Shown here: in pieces, positions 52,189 to 64,000 of the stretch
Numbering within the stretch: the first letter of the stretch is position 1
Layout: each line of letters starts with the position of its first letter
Source of the DNA: Macrostomum lignano
Lineage: Eukaryota
Length of the DNA: 64,000 nucleotides
Direction of reading: 5' to 3'
Assembly (NCBI GenBank): GCA_002269645.1
Contig: NIVC01003200.1
Location: 1-64,000 of the forward strand
The notes under the pieces: model-generated
Seen by the model: only the letters and a program-made list of their open reading frames with translations
What the model was told of the DNA's origin: nothing
Databases searched by the model: none
Translations under genes and position numbers: made by a program

Positions 52189-52349
52189 TTACACCTGCAT
52201 AGGCTGAGACGCCGACTCGTCCAATTCTTCGGCTGGTTTGCGCTGGCAGAACAGCACGAAGCCCAGGATAATTAGGAATACGCCGAGCACTGCGCCAACG
52301 GAGGCGGCCGCTATCTCTCCCTGGGTCAGGGGATAGTCCCTGGGTATGG
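52189..52349 (-). CDS. Two-Ig membrane protein exon 3: TM segment and short cytoplasmic tail
   Basis: CCCCGCAG acceptor. (A)IPRDYPLTQGEIAAASVGAVLGVFLIILGFVLFCQRKPAEELDESASQPMQV*. Confidence 0.85.
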
Positions 52350-52472
52350 CTGCGGGGGAGGCGGTGTTGAAAAATGTTAATTAAAGAGATGGGATTTCAC
52401 TGACGCCAGTCGCCAGTTGATATTTGGGAATAGTTAAATGAATGTTTAAGTATCGGAAGTGCCTTTGTAGTG

Positions 52473-53230
52473 TCAGGGAGATGCCCTACAATGAATGTCA
52501 GGGAGATGCCCTACAATGAATGTCAGGGAGATGCCCTACAATGAATGTCAGGGAGATGCCCTACAATGAATGTCAGGGAGATGCCCTATAATGAATGTCA
52601 GGGAGATGCCCTACAATGAATGTCAGGGAGATGCCCTACAATGAATGTCAGGGAGATGCCCTACAATGAATGTCAGGGAGATGCCCTACAATGAATGTCA
52701 GGGAGATGCAGTGAGTCTCAGGGAGACGCCGTGAGTGTCGGGGAGACGCCACGAGTGTCAGGGAGACGCCATGAGTGTCGGGAGAAACGCCATGAGTGTC
52801 AGGGAAACGCCATGAGTGTCAGGGAGACGCCATGAGTGTCAGGGAGATGCCCTACAATGTCAGGGAGATGCAGTGAGTCTCAGGGAGACGCCATGAGTCT
52901 CAGGGAGACGCCATGAGTGTCAGGGAGACGCCATGAGTGTCAGGGAGACGCCATGAGTGTCAGGAGACGCCATGAGTGTCAGGAGACGCCATGAGTGTCA
53001 GGGAGACGCCATGAGTGTCAGGGAGACGCCATGAGTGTCAGGGGGATGCCATGAGTGTCAGGGAGACGCCATGAGTGTCAGGGAGACGCCATGAGTGTCA
53101 GGGAGACGCCATGAGTGTCAGGGAGATGCTATGAGTGTCAGGGAGACGCCATGAGTGTCAGGGAGACGCCATGAGTGTCAGGGAGACGCCATGAGTGTCA
53201 GGAAGACGCCATGAGTGTCAGGGAGATGCC
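52473..53230. repeat. 25-bp (TCAGGGAGATGCCCTACAATGAATG) and 20-bp (TCAGGGAGACGCCATGAGTG) minisatellites filling Ig-gene intron 2
   Basis: Two related units sharing the TCAGGGAGA core. Confidence 0.96.
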
Positions 53231-53261
53231 CCATATATTATAGTCTATATTACAGTCTCAC

Positions 53262-53705
53262 CAGGACAATAGACGTAGATATCCTTGTAGATCGCTGGCT
53301 CGGCCGAGTCTCCAATGGCGCACCTAAATCTAGTTTTGCCGTCAAGTTTCAAAGCGGAACAGTTGGGCAGCAGAACGGTGGATTCGGTAGTTTTGAGCAG
53401 GTTGCCATCGGACGAACAGGTGGAATTATCCGAAACAGAACGGACACGAAAGGCATTCGGATTGGCTGGATCGGGCAGCTGAACGCTCACGCCTCGATAG
53501 TCCAGTTTGAGCTGGGCGGCGGGATAGCCGCAGGTAGACCGGCAGGTGAACTTCAAGCCGCCGCCTAGGGTCAGGTCGTAGGGCGCGGCGGCACTGCCGT
53601 CGGCGGCTTTGGCAGCGGCGGCTGCAGCTGCCTGCTGACCGGCGGCTGCGTCGCGGCTGGGCTGACCAACTGGAGTGGCTGTGAACCTCTCGATTGTGGC
53701 TGGCC
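53262..53705 (-). CDS. Two-Ig membrane protein exon 2: Ala-rich insert and second (C2-like) Ig domain
   Basis: CAACTCAG acceptor, phase 1/1, 444 nt. (W)PATIERFTATP...LKFTCRSTCGYPAAQLKL...RFRCAIG...IYVYCP. Donor GTGAGA. Confidence 0.85.
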
Positions 53706-53811
53706 CTGAGTTGATGAAGGGGATAAATTATCATTTAGGAAATTTGTAAGATTCATACAGTCAATGTGTCAGAGCCAGCCTCCAAGGCACAGACTGTACA
53801 CTGCTTGACGA

Positions 53812-53990
53812 GGGGAGGTAGCCTAGTGGTTAGAGCGTCGGACTCAAGGTCGGGGGTTCGATTCCTGATCCCACTAGGAACCATCTGTGTCCTTGAGCAA
53901 GACACATAACTCTGCATTGTGCTTCAGTTCACCCAGCTGTAAAATGGGTGCCAGTATTAGCTGGGGTAATTGAGGGTGTGTGTGGCGACC
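53812..53990 (+). mobile_element. tRNA-derived CORE-SINE
   Basis: A box TAGCCTAGTGG and B box GGTTCGATTCC (53855-53865). Then TGTGTCCTTGAGCAAGACACATAAC...CAGCTGTAAAATGGG, matching the MIR/CORE domain. The 3' boundary is uncertain and may extend to ~54290. Confidence 0.8.
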
Positions 53991-54332
53991 CCCCCCCCCC
54001 AGTCCTTGGACTGAACAGCCGTACGCAGCCTGCCCGTTAGGACAGGTGTAATCAGTTATTATTTTTATTGTTATTACCGACGATAAGAAATCAATGGACA
54101 CTGTACACGCTGTGTGAGCGTAATTAAAGACTTGTACACAGCCCTCGGATGTCACTGGCTGCCAAACCTGGCGATCACGAGGATGACAGACAGTCCGCAG
54201 CCAGTGCGCTCACACGGGTGTACAACGGCCCTGACTTTCTCTCATTGTCAGACATGTACACTCTGTGTGCCTTATGAGGTTGACTCTCCCTTCCTTGGAG
54301 AAATTCTAGGTCTCATAATAAAATCAACTTAC

Positions 54333-54735
54333 AGTTGACGTCGAGAAAAGCGTAACTCTGATTGGTGACAAATTTGCAATACCACAGGCCGCGATCTTTC
54401 CACGAGACAGTTTTGATTCGAACAGTGTACTTAGTAGCCAGCTTAGCATCACGATTGTTGCAGAAAATGTCGTGCTTCTCAATATTGTAAGCGATGCAAT
54501 TTTCGGCCACTTCTGCACCTGTTGGGGAGTGCCAATATACCGAATAGGTTTTCCGCTGTTTGCCAGCTGACTCCAGATGGCAGGTGAGGTTAGCGGACTG
54601 GCCAACATTCACTGGCACCGGGGTTACGGATGCAGTGATGCGGAATTCGGTATCGTTAGTTTTAGCCACTGTTTCTGCTATTGTGACCAGCAGTATTGAC
54701 AGTGTCAGCAGGAAACTGCAGGTGCTGGGTGCCAT
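54333..54735 (-). CDS. Two-Ig membrane protein exon 1: signal peptide and first Ig domain
   Basis: MAPSTCSFLLTLSILLVTIAETVA signal peptide. ANLTCHL...VYW...DRGLWYC has the canonical Ig Cys/Trp and D-x-G-x-Y-x-C motif. Donor GTAAGT, phase 1. Three exons give 1008 nt (335 aa). Confidence 0.9.
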
Positions 54736-55479
54736 TGTGTCTGACTTATAGAACTGACATGAACAGTAAGCGATTAGTTATAGCTTAATATAAATACGCC
54801 TACCTGGATTATAAAGACAGACGTGTATATACACACAAATTATTTTTCTGTTTATTTCCCGCCTGCACAAGCCAATGACCGGGCAGAGCGGTTTAGAAAG
54901 AGTGGAAAGAGAAAAGGAGAGCCCGGAGACCTGAGAGCGAATAGGAACAGATGCACAGATGAATTTTGACAGATCTGCATCACACAGCAGCAGAAATTGA
55001 AGCCGAAAAACTGACAGTAAAACGAAAAGTAAAATTGGTCCCGAAGCGATCTACCACAGGGTGAAAAGCGGTGCAATGCAAACTTGAAGTTAAAGGGAGC
55101 GGGTTAGGCTCCAGACTGAACGAAGCCTCCATAAAGGTGAATCTGGTGCATCCAAGCAATCGAAGGTCTCCAGCTATCTCAGTTTCCATCCCTAGCAGTC
55201 TTATCAATTCCCACTGGGGCTGGGAGAAGCCCACTCTCTATCCAGAATCCCCAGATGCAGACTGCAGGCGCCTTGGAGACACACCTGGACCTCTGCTGGG
55301 TGGGCAGGTTAGCATTATTGCACTGCAGCAAAATGTTATTGAACTATAAATTGTGCTAATATAGCCAATATGGTTATCTATTGATACCTATAGCGAAACT
55401 ATGTGAGAATTACTAAGTACCCACAACTGAGTTTTTATATTGCACCATCCCATTTAAGAACAAAAACGATTTCTATAGG

Positions 55480-56600
55480 AATAAGTATTATTTTATAGAT
55501 AGGCATTTAGCAATAACTGTATTTGGTAACAAATTATTGTGCCAATTAAAATGGATAAAATCAATAATCTTTTACTTATGAGTAAAAGTCATCTAAGAGT
55601 TGAGTTAGACTAAAAAGTACAGTTTAAAAATTTATTTCTTATATTTTAACAAAATACTTTATAGCTAATATTAGTATAAATTTAGGATATGCCTTTAAAT
55701 TTATATTTTAACTTAGTCATCTAGGATTTCAAGGGATTTGGTAATAAAATAAATTTTGGTCAATAATAGCATTGCTAGGCCTAATCAATGTTAAATACTT
55801 GATTCAAATCTTATTGCCTAATAAAACCTGGATAAATAATGATTTTACTCTATTTTGTGGAAATGCAACTGTTATTTAGCATTGATATAAATAAATCTTT
55901 ATATCTTCATATGAAAAAGTAATTTGAAAGAATTGTTAAGATTCTCATAAGGAATAATTTTGATCCATTTAATTTCTGACCTAAATATACTTTATTGTGA
56001 CTTAATTGCCCTAACAACCCTTAAAAACAAATTTCATTAAAAAACTACATAATCTAGGTTTTTCTCTCTTGTATACACAATCATTGGACCTAAAGACAAT
56101 TATAATAAAGGCAAACAAACAATGACCAAGCAACTAAACATCTCTTAGGAGCATGAACAATTCAAAGAAAAAAACTATATTAAGTACTACATAATTGCTT
56201 TATCTATAAGAATATTTTCAGGCCTGATTTAAAAGAAACTTTTTTCTAAGCATTTTTAAAAATAATAAATATTTAGAATTTCTGCTTAAGCTTAAAACTG
56301 AGATCTTACCTAAAAAGTACACCCAAGAAAGCCGCAAAATTTGTGGTAGAATCAGGAAATGATATTTTGCACTATGCAACTAAATGTGCTGCCAAACTAG
56401 ATGCTAGGAAAATTTTTTTAGCCAAAACCAATTGAGAACAAGGCAATTCTACAGCATAGACAATGAAATAATTATGCTATAAACAAAAATAGAATTTAAA
56501 AAGACCTGCTAGCCAGTGAGACAATTTACAAACTCAATAATAGTCTTCCTCCCTAATTAACCTAATAATCTAGACAATACCCTGGGTGTCTTTTGCTGTT
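55480..56600 (+). mobile_element. Highly degenerate LINE (CR1/L2-like) ORF2 3' relic
   Basis: Frameshifted translation near 56270-56430 gives FRISA.SLKTE...RKICG.ESGNDILHYATKCAAKLDARKIFL, resembling the FR.S.H.L.IE...C..C....DE.H....C C-terminus of these clades. Many stops. Confidence 0.4.
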
Positions 56601-57189
56601 GCTATCTGTCCTACACTTCAAATCTATTATGCCTAATCTTTTTTAAAGTTCCTTTCTTTCTGCTCTATCCCCTATTTTGTTCTTGCTTCTTTTTTGCAAA
56701 TGCTGGTATAATTGCTATTGTAATTAATAATAATTAATAATATTAATAATTATTATTAATATTAATTAAATAATGCAATTCAAAGATATACAAGTGTGGA
56801 AGTTTTCAATTCTTTAAAACATTTGAAATATGGAAGTTATAGACAAAATCATGATCTCAAACTGCTTTGAGTAAAAGTGCTCATTATAATTTTTGGAATA
56901 TGGAAAAAACAATTTAATATTGTCATTTAATTCCAAACTAACTGTACTTGAAGGTACTGCAATGATTTTTTTCTTGAAAGAGCAAAACTGGTTTAAATAT
57001 TTAAAAAAGGAAAAAAGTACATTTTTTATAGAAATACACTCTTGATTGCTTAATCTGATTTCTAACAACAAAATAGTTACTTTCCTATAGGTACAAACCA
57101 TTATTACTCTAGGTGAATTTTCAAAAGTGCATACTTTGCCAAAAGTAAATTGAAGCTTATGTCATGAATGTGTTATGACAGTATGCTCT

Positions 57190-57950
57190 TTGCTAAGTTG
57201 CTGCACCGGGCCAGTGGGCCGTCCTCTCCCCTCCCCCTCCCCCCTCCTTAGATATTTTCTGACTCACCCACCTGCACTTCTGCGTGTGCGTACCCCTCCC
57301 CTCCCTGCCTAGACCTTTTCTGTTGAGTCAACCCCCCCATGCTCTGTGTGCGACCCCGCCCCATTATTTTGTTAGCTTTGCTGCGCGGCCCCTGTTTGTG
57401 ATTGGCTGCCAGTCCCAGTCTGCCGTGCTGCGCCCCGGCGATTGGCTGGTACAGCTCATGCGTTGCCTTGGCTGATGTCTAAGCCCCCTTTTCTGCCTTT
57501 ATCCCGCGCCCTCAACCCCCAGTTTGCTGCCTCTTTATTCAGACCCCCTTGAGACCCAATTCTCGTCGTCTTTGTGGCTCCTCGGCGATTGTGCCAGCGT
57601 TGGTTGCTGAATTGCTATTCCTCGCAGAATTGCTAGACAAATATATAAGTAAAGAATATCGAGATCACCACTGCTCTGACGGCGCTGTTTCTTGTACGAC
57701 TGAAATCGCGGCTGGTAAGCCTTCCAATTTGCACGTCATTTGGGTCTGCATCTGTACTAGGCACCTTAGAGGGATTAAGTGCGTCGTACACCGGTCCCAC
57801 CCCAAGCAGCTCTGCATCGTACGTGAGTCTGTAGGCTGTTGTGCGTCGTACACTCGAGCAGCCTAGTCCTGACAGACACTGCATCGTACGCGTGTCAGTG
57901 GAGGACCGTAGCCAGGGTCAGTATACAAACCCGGGTCTGGGAAAGGGGCA
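57190..57950. promoter_or_regulatory. CpG-island-like, probably bidirectional promoter with outward-facing first exons
   Basis: GC/CpG-rich island in CpG-depleted DNA. ATTGG boxes at 57401 and 57441. Minus-strand donor GTGAGT at 57267. Plus-strand donors GTAAGC at 57715 and GTGAGT at 57823. Confidence 0.6.
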
Positions 57951-60900
57951 CGAAAGGACTGAGCCCTTGAGCCCCATCATCACTTAATATTTATAAACAT
58001 TAGAAACAGACCACTAGTGGGTATTCTACTTTGGTTACTTAACTTATTATAATGGACTAATATAAACTGGCACTGGCAGAGACAGATTTAAGAGAAACTA
58101 ATTGCTCCATTGTATTTGGCTCTAGTGTTACAATAGCTATATCAGGGTCTAACTGGCTAAGTTATCAAAAGAAGCTAAATACCAATCACTAGTTTTACCA
58201 TCTTATACCTACCATACTACAATTTTAGTCACATGCAACATATGTTTTTAATATCTAAAATTCTGGGTTAAATTTTATAAAATTTCTCAAACAGTGAAAT
58301 TTTAGCTGTTTTTGTTTACATGCTAGTGGTTTGCAAGAAGCTACTTCTGTGTGAAAATACACTGTTATTAATTGGTATTAGTATTATAAATTTTGTATAT
58401 GACCTATAAAAGCTGAAATGTAAATTGTACTTTTCTAATTTTATTTTGTTATTTGTTTGTTTGGGCCAGCTAGCCTTTGGGGGGGGTATGGCCTTGGCCA
58501 CTTTCTCCCCCTTCTATTATGATCCAAACACACTTGAAAGCTTGCCAAAAGTGTACATTTAATATTTTTGATTGATTGTTTAAAACAAGCCTCTAGTGGT
58601 TAGTGTTAAAAGTGAGAAAAAGCCTATGGGTGGATTATGAACCCTCCTTTTATGGAAAGTTGGGCCTTGTGCATTGCATAGTGTACACTATACAAGATAG
58701 AAGGTAAATAGAATGAGAATGATAGGCTAGCCAATAGCAATAGCATGTGATTCTCTCTAGTCCACTATGGTATAGGGAAAAGAGGGGTGTCAGATGGCCC
58801 AACTCTAAACCCCATATCCAATATAGTGTGCATCCAAAATAAGAAGGGATTGGGTCCAGATAAGTCTTCCCAATGTATATGTATATATAAAGACAAAAAT
58901 TGATGAGAAAAATGGCTCTAAACCATAATGGATTATTACACTGTGTCTATTTTTATTAACTAGTTGACTTGTCTTTACTCTTCAACAAGGTCAAAGTTAA
59001 CTACTTTTACTTGTATTTGTATTGTAGAACTTATGTTTTTAGTTTCCTTTCTTATAAATCATTTGACATTAGATACATTTTATAACTCTTGTCTTACTTT
59101 ATCTACTAGGCTAACTTAATGTATGAAACAACACAAAATATTAGGAGCATCAATGTTAATAATGCCTAGGAACTTAGAAGTCTTTAAAAAATCAATACAA
59201 TTATAAATTTATTATAAAATTCCAATCCCAAAGCTCACTGGGGCAAAAAGACTTTGTCTTCATTAATAGTACTAGTATTCTAATAATAATGACAATATCA
59301 ATTTAACATCAGTACACAAAACTAAAAATGAACAACTACACAATCTTAGCCATAGGGATAAGCTGAAAATTATTGACACAAATCTGTATAGATAAAATTA
59401 GAATTATTGACATGGCCTATAGACTTGAATGGTAGTAGCTATTTCAATAAGCTGTCATGGGGATAAGCTAGAAATTATCGTCATAGATTTGTATAGATAA
59501 AATTGGAATGATTAGCATAGCCATAGGACCATAGGGATAAACACTTCCTATTGTTTTTGTCTAAGCTAAGATAACATTATTATATAAAAAAAGAAATAAC
59601 ATTGCAAACAAATAGACATTACAAAATTTTACTTTGTTTAAAAAGCCTAAAAAATATTTAGAAATGATATATAATTATAACATAGGATAGGCCATAGCCA
59701 TTGGGGCAAATCTAAGGGGCAAGAGAGCATGTCCTTTACTTAGGCCTATCCATAGGGCTTAGCGAAAAAAAATTAGACCATAATTTATTGGCCTGCAGCT
59801 ATGCCAGGTCTCCTTTCCAATATTTGGTTGTAATGCTTAATATAGCTTGCTTACCCCCTCAAAAATTTCTGAATCTGGGCCTGATGAGTGGATGATATAT
59901 ATATGATGTGTTGATGTTAGGATTAGGCCTATATAATTTTGCATGCCATAACTTAAGCTTCATACAAAAAACCTTTGGGTAGAAAAGTCAATCCCCAGAT
60001 CGCAGTATTTCTAGGATCCCAGTCAGATTCCCAGAGCCCTGGAGTCCTGTGATTCCAGGATTTTAAGCAAATTCCAGGATTGGAATGATTGACTTCCATC
60101 AATTCCCTACTGTTTATCGCCTGCTTAGTCTTAGGTTTATGGGTGAATTGAATAGTGAATAAAGAATAATCTTTAAAGCCGTTAAGGTCTATCACAAATG
60201 CAACTGTAATAAGGTTTAGTAATTTGCGGCCATACGTCATTACGCCAGTGCCAGTCGCCAGCGAATTATGCAAAATTTGTAATGCAAAAATTATTATTCT
60301 AATAATATATGATTCAAAGTAGTGGTGGTGTGTTACAGTTTAAGGGGTTATAAAAACATGATAAAAATGTTATAAATACTCTAAAATTGCCTAGAAGGAA
60401 CGGTGCATTCCTCAACACTTTGCAGAAACATGCACACAAGTTCTAATACGACTAAATTAATCAGTCTGACAAAGAAAACTTGAAATTATTAAATCGGAAG
60501 CAATTAGTAACAGTAGAATATGCAACAAGTAAAATACTTTTTAAATAAACTGTTATAAAAAATATAATTACAAAGTTTTGTCGTTAGTTGAAAAATTAAC
60601 AAGTTATGATATAAATTTTGCTAAAGTTTTTAAAAAATTTAACATTACAGTACTTTCTTTGAAAACCGTCAAATCGAAAAAATATGGTCTTTAAACCCGT
60701 GGGTGAAATATACTTTAAATATTCTATTTCAGTTTTCTTCACAATCTGTTGCGGACTTTTTTCTATTCATTGAGCACATACTTAAATAATGTACTTTTAG
60801 AAATATGTATTAAGTTTTTTGTCCCTCGATTAAGTTAGACTCTTCAATTAATAAGGACAAAATAAAAGAACAAACAGTGAGTAATTTTTATCTCTTGTAA

Positions 60901-61037
60901 TTTAAGTTTATTAGAGTTTTAAATAACTTTTAAACAGTTCTAATACTGTGTCTAACAAAAAAATAATAATGTTATAAAATATGGTATAATAAAATGTCTT
61001 ACAAAAATAAATTTATTTTTGTCTAAAAAGTATTATA

Positions 61038-61777
61038 GTAATATAGCATTTTGCAGCCCATTTGGGCTTACGCGCATTTAGCTTAATCCAAGATATGTTT
61101 GCCAATGTAACAGAGCTTTTGTCTATGGTAGCAAGGGTGGTGCAGCGGCATTTAATTTGGTCCAACAAGCATCCATTTGGTCCAAACACTCGTGAGCCAT
61201 TGGACAAACTCTTGCCTTCTCTCAACCATCTGGTATCTGCAGGTTGTTGTGCATTGCTGGAATGTCAGCATCTCTATCAAAAGTTTTCAGTTGCTTTTTC
61301 CAGTGCTCTGCTGATAGTCGAAATCTGATAACCAACTGGAACTGTTCTCTCAACTTATGCTGCATTTTCTGCAACATCAAAAAAGGATTTGTCTCAACTG
61401 CATTGAGTAGCAGTTGGACCTGAGACTCTCAAGTGACTTGCAATCTTTGCCATCAGAGTTTTAACACGCTGCTAGATGCTGTAAACCACCTTTTCTTTTA
61501 CATTCAGCAACCTTGCAATGTCTTTTGGGTGTTCACCTCCATTAAGTGCTTCAATCACAAGCCAATGACATTCGTTCAACAGCCTAGCATATGGTCCACA
61601 ATTCTGGGACTGAGCTGCAAATGAACTAAATGGACCAAATTGATGCTTGTTGGACCGGATTGAATGCCGCTATGCCAGCCTTGCTACCATAAACAAAAGC
61701 TCTATTACAGTGGCAAACATATCTTGGATTAAATTTGATCTGCATAAGCCCAAATGGGCTGCAAAAAGCTATGTTAC
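61038..61777 (-). mobile_element. Internally deleted Tc1/IS630-type DNA transposon with ~160-bp TIRs
   Basis: 61038-61195 is the reverse-complement homologue of 61625-61777. The interior (minus strand) translates with frameshifts to LVIEALNGGEHPKDIARLLNVKEKVVYSI and VETNPFLMLQKMQHKLREQF..ISTISRALEK, the paired HTH motifs of ITm transposases. TA-rich flanks. Confidence 0.75.
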
Positions 61778-62351
61778 ATATATTACATTTTACGTTTATA
61801 TAATTAATATAGATTAATTTATATAATTAATATTACATTTGTGTTAAATGGAATACATAGGTGACCTAATGACCATCTGCTGGAAAAATTCTTATGTGCA
61901 CATTATAATCAATAAAGAATTTGGTATTGAGAATTTTTGTATATAAAATAAAAATTTGTGTTTGTAATTTTTGAATTTGAAAATTGTATTATATAAATAA
62001 AAGGCAAAATTTTAGGTATAGGCCTATCCTAATTATGCCAAAATGGGAAATGTGACTTTGTCATATAGCCATAGGCCTATACCAAAATTTCAAAATTTTT
62101 ACATTTTTACATTTTTATTATTTTTTTATATTGTAACAATCAAAATCAAGCCTGACCTTTTTGCATTGATACATTTGATATTTATATCCACATTATAACA
62201 AAATAAGTGTTGCATTTTTTTCTCTTTTGGCTTTATAACAACTTATAATTTCACTAAATTATGATATCTAAATTCTTTAAAATAGTACTATCATATTCAA
62301 TAATATTTTTTTTTGTTTTTATTTCTATTATCTTTTTACTACTATCTTTTT

Positions 62352-62958
62352 GGTGTAAGACCAAGATGGCCACACACCAAGATAGCCACAACATTGAATA
62401 TCTTTGGCTCTGCTATCTTTTTATCATTGATTAGCAATATAGTAGCTATTGTTATATTAATTATTATGTTTAATCAATCATATTCATAAATACTAATGCA
62501 ATAATAGATTTGAAACTAATTACCTATAATACAAAAACTTTAATCTTTTTCAGTGTTTATGCCAATTTATTCCCTATTATTACATCTATCAAATCTATCA
62601 CTATCTATTTATTAAGAAACCATTGCTATTAGTAGTAATGCTATACAAAAATTAAGATAAATATGCAACAAGGCAAGGTATTTATTTTGTGCTAGGCCTA
62701 GGCTACTTGCTTGATATAGTGAATAAATATCTATAGGTCAAGCTATAATAAAAGCTAAAGCTAAAGGAATGACTATATAATATAAGGGCCTAATATAATA
62801 CAATTCCAATATAGCATCTTTTTAAATAAAATAAGTGAAATGAGTGAATAAGTGAATATATTTTTATAAGTGAAATATATAGACCTAGGCTTATTATTAT
62901 CTATTTAGACACTTAGAGCTGTGGCTATCTTGGTTTGTGGCCATCTTGGTTATGCATC
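62352..62958. mobile_element. MITE, ~600 bp, with ~30-bp subterminal inverted repeats and a candidate 8-bp TSD
   Basis: CCAAGATGGCCACACACCAAGATAGCCACA pairs with TGTGGCTATCTTGGTTTGTGGCCATCTTGG (29/30). ATCTTTTT flanks both sides (62344-62351, 62959-62966). Confidence 0.6.
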
Positions 62959-63465
62959 ATCTTTTTATCAAAATGTTCTGACTTTTGTTTGTTGCAAAAA
63001 GGAAGATGCACCAATTTTGAAATAGCTCTTGTTTTTTGTAAATATTTAAATTGAGGCTTATATATTTATATGTTATATAAAAAAAATATATTAATTTATA
63101 TAATTAAGAATTAAGGAATATTTGGTTTTATATAAAATTACTATAAATAGGATTTATTAGGCAAAAAATTAATAGATATAACACATTGAGAACCAAATTA
63201 AAGAGCATATTTATGCTAGGATTTTTTTAAATATAAGCTTTTGGGAAATGGCATAATTTGATGTATATATATGCATCATTCTATTTGCTATACCATAATC
63301 AAAATAGCTAGTATAAATTAAGATACATATCAAGCCTATTTAAGTCCATATCAATATGAAATCTATATTCATTATAGATGATCAAAGACTATAATACCGA
63401 TATTAGAACATTAATCAAGAAAGAAAAAATTGTCCTAATATTGGTTATAACATTAAAAATAACAA

Positions 63466-63700
63466 TCCTATATACTAAAAATGGTCTGTCTGTGTCTATG
63501 TGATCAATTAGAGAAAAAATGGCTGGACCGATTTTGTTCGAACTTGCACTGTTCGATCAGAAATTTTCCCGTGACTGTACATGCATTGTGGCTAAGAAAT
63601 TGCTCGATGCTAAAGGCATTAAATATTCGAAAAACATGATTTTTTGCAAAGGTCAAGCAAACTTTTTGACTTGAAATGCATTGTAAGAATGCTAGCAGAA
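63466..63700 (+). mobile_element. Helitron/Helentron-like non-autonomous element 5' end
   Basis: A|TCCTATATACTAAAAATGGTCTGTCTGTGTCT...AAAAATGGCTGGACCGATTTTGTTCGAACTT resembles Lep1/HINE-type 5' ends. No 3' hairpin-CTAG identified. Confidence 0.55.
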
Positions 63701-64000
63701 AAACTGACTGGTTGAATTCTGATTCTGAAATAGATTGCATCACAATATACTTTATTTATCGTCTGTGTACTGGCTGAATTTGACACTCAATTGAATTGCG
63801 TCACAGCTTTGAGTGTGAAAGCATAGCGCAGTACTGAATTTATATTACGTAACCATATTGTTAACTTTCATAGACACTGGTACTGACTTGCCTAAGAAAT
63901 TGATTATGTCATAACTGCTTCGTGAGACTTTTTACTCTACCTGACTTGGTGTGAGTGTTGAATTATATAAGTGGTACAACATCACTGATAACTTCGATGA

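Noticed and set aside
53812-53876. tRNA gene
   Set aside because: A and B boxes are present, but the anticodon arm is shortened and it runs into a CORE domain. It is a SINE head, not a tRNA.

Overview
Repeat-rich animal (invertebrate bilaterian-like) genomic window. The compact GC-rich exons with poly-Ala/Gln tracts and minisatellite-packed introns recall Macrostomum-type flatworms, but the taxon cannot be fixed from sequence alone. Three genes can be assembled by hand with in-phase splice sites. (1) A TP53I11/PIG11 homologue (+) has two candidate start exons (3139 or 7587) and four further exons to 19918. (2) A Vsx/Chx10/ceh-10 homeobox gene (+) has 4 exons, 24418-31831, 405 aa, with eh1-like motif, Q50 homeodomain and CVC domain. 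(3) A two-Ig-domain type I membrane protein (-) has 3 exons, 54735-52189, 335 aa. A signal-peptide exon of a fourth gene (-, 425-377) runs off the left edge, and a CpG-island-like promoter with outward-facing splice donors lies at ~57.2-57.9 kb. A recent Ty3/Gypsy LTR retrotransposon (8958-18026) sits antisense in the TP53I11 intron. It has ~1.05-kb near-identical LTRs, a CACT target-site duplication, an 18/18 tRNA-Lys(UUU) PBS, a G-GGA-AAC -1 frameshift site and a pol disabled by three lesions, and its left end is rearranged. More than 25 micro/minisatellite arrays fill introns and intergenic space, along with a CORE-SINE, hAT- and Tc1/IS630-type relics, a MITE, a Helitron-like 5' end and a degenerate LINE. 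No CRISPR, rRNA or true tRNA genes were seen. Nearly all long ORFs in the supplied track outside these genes are repeat artefacts.
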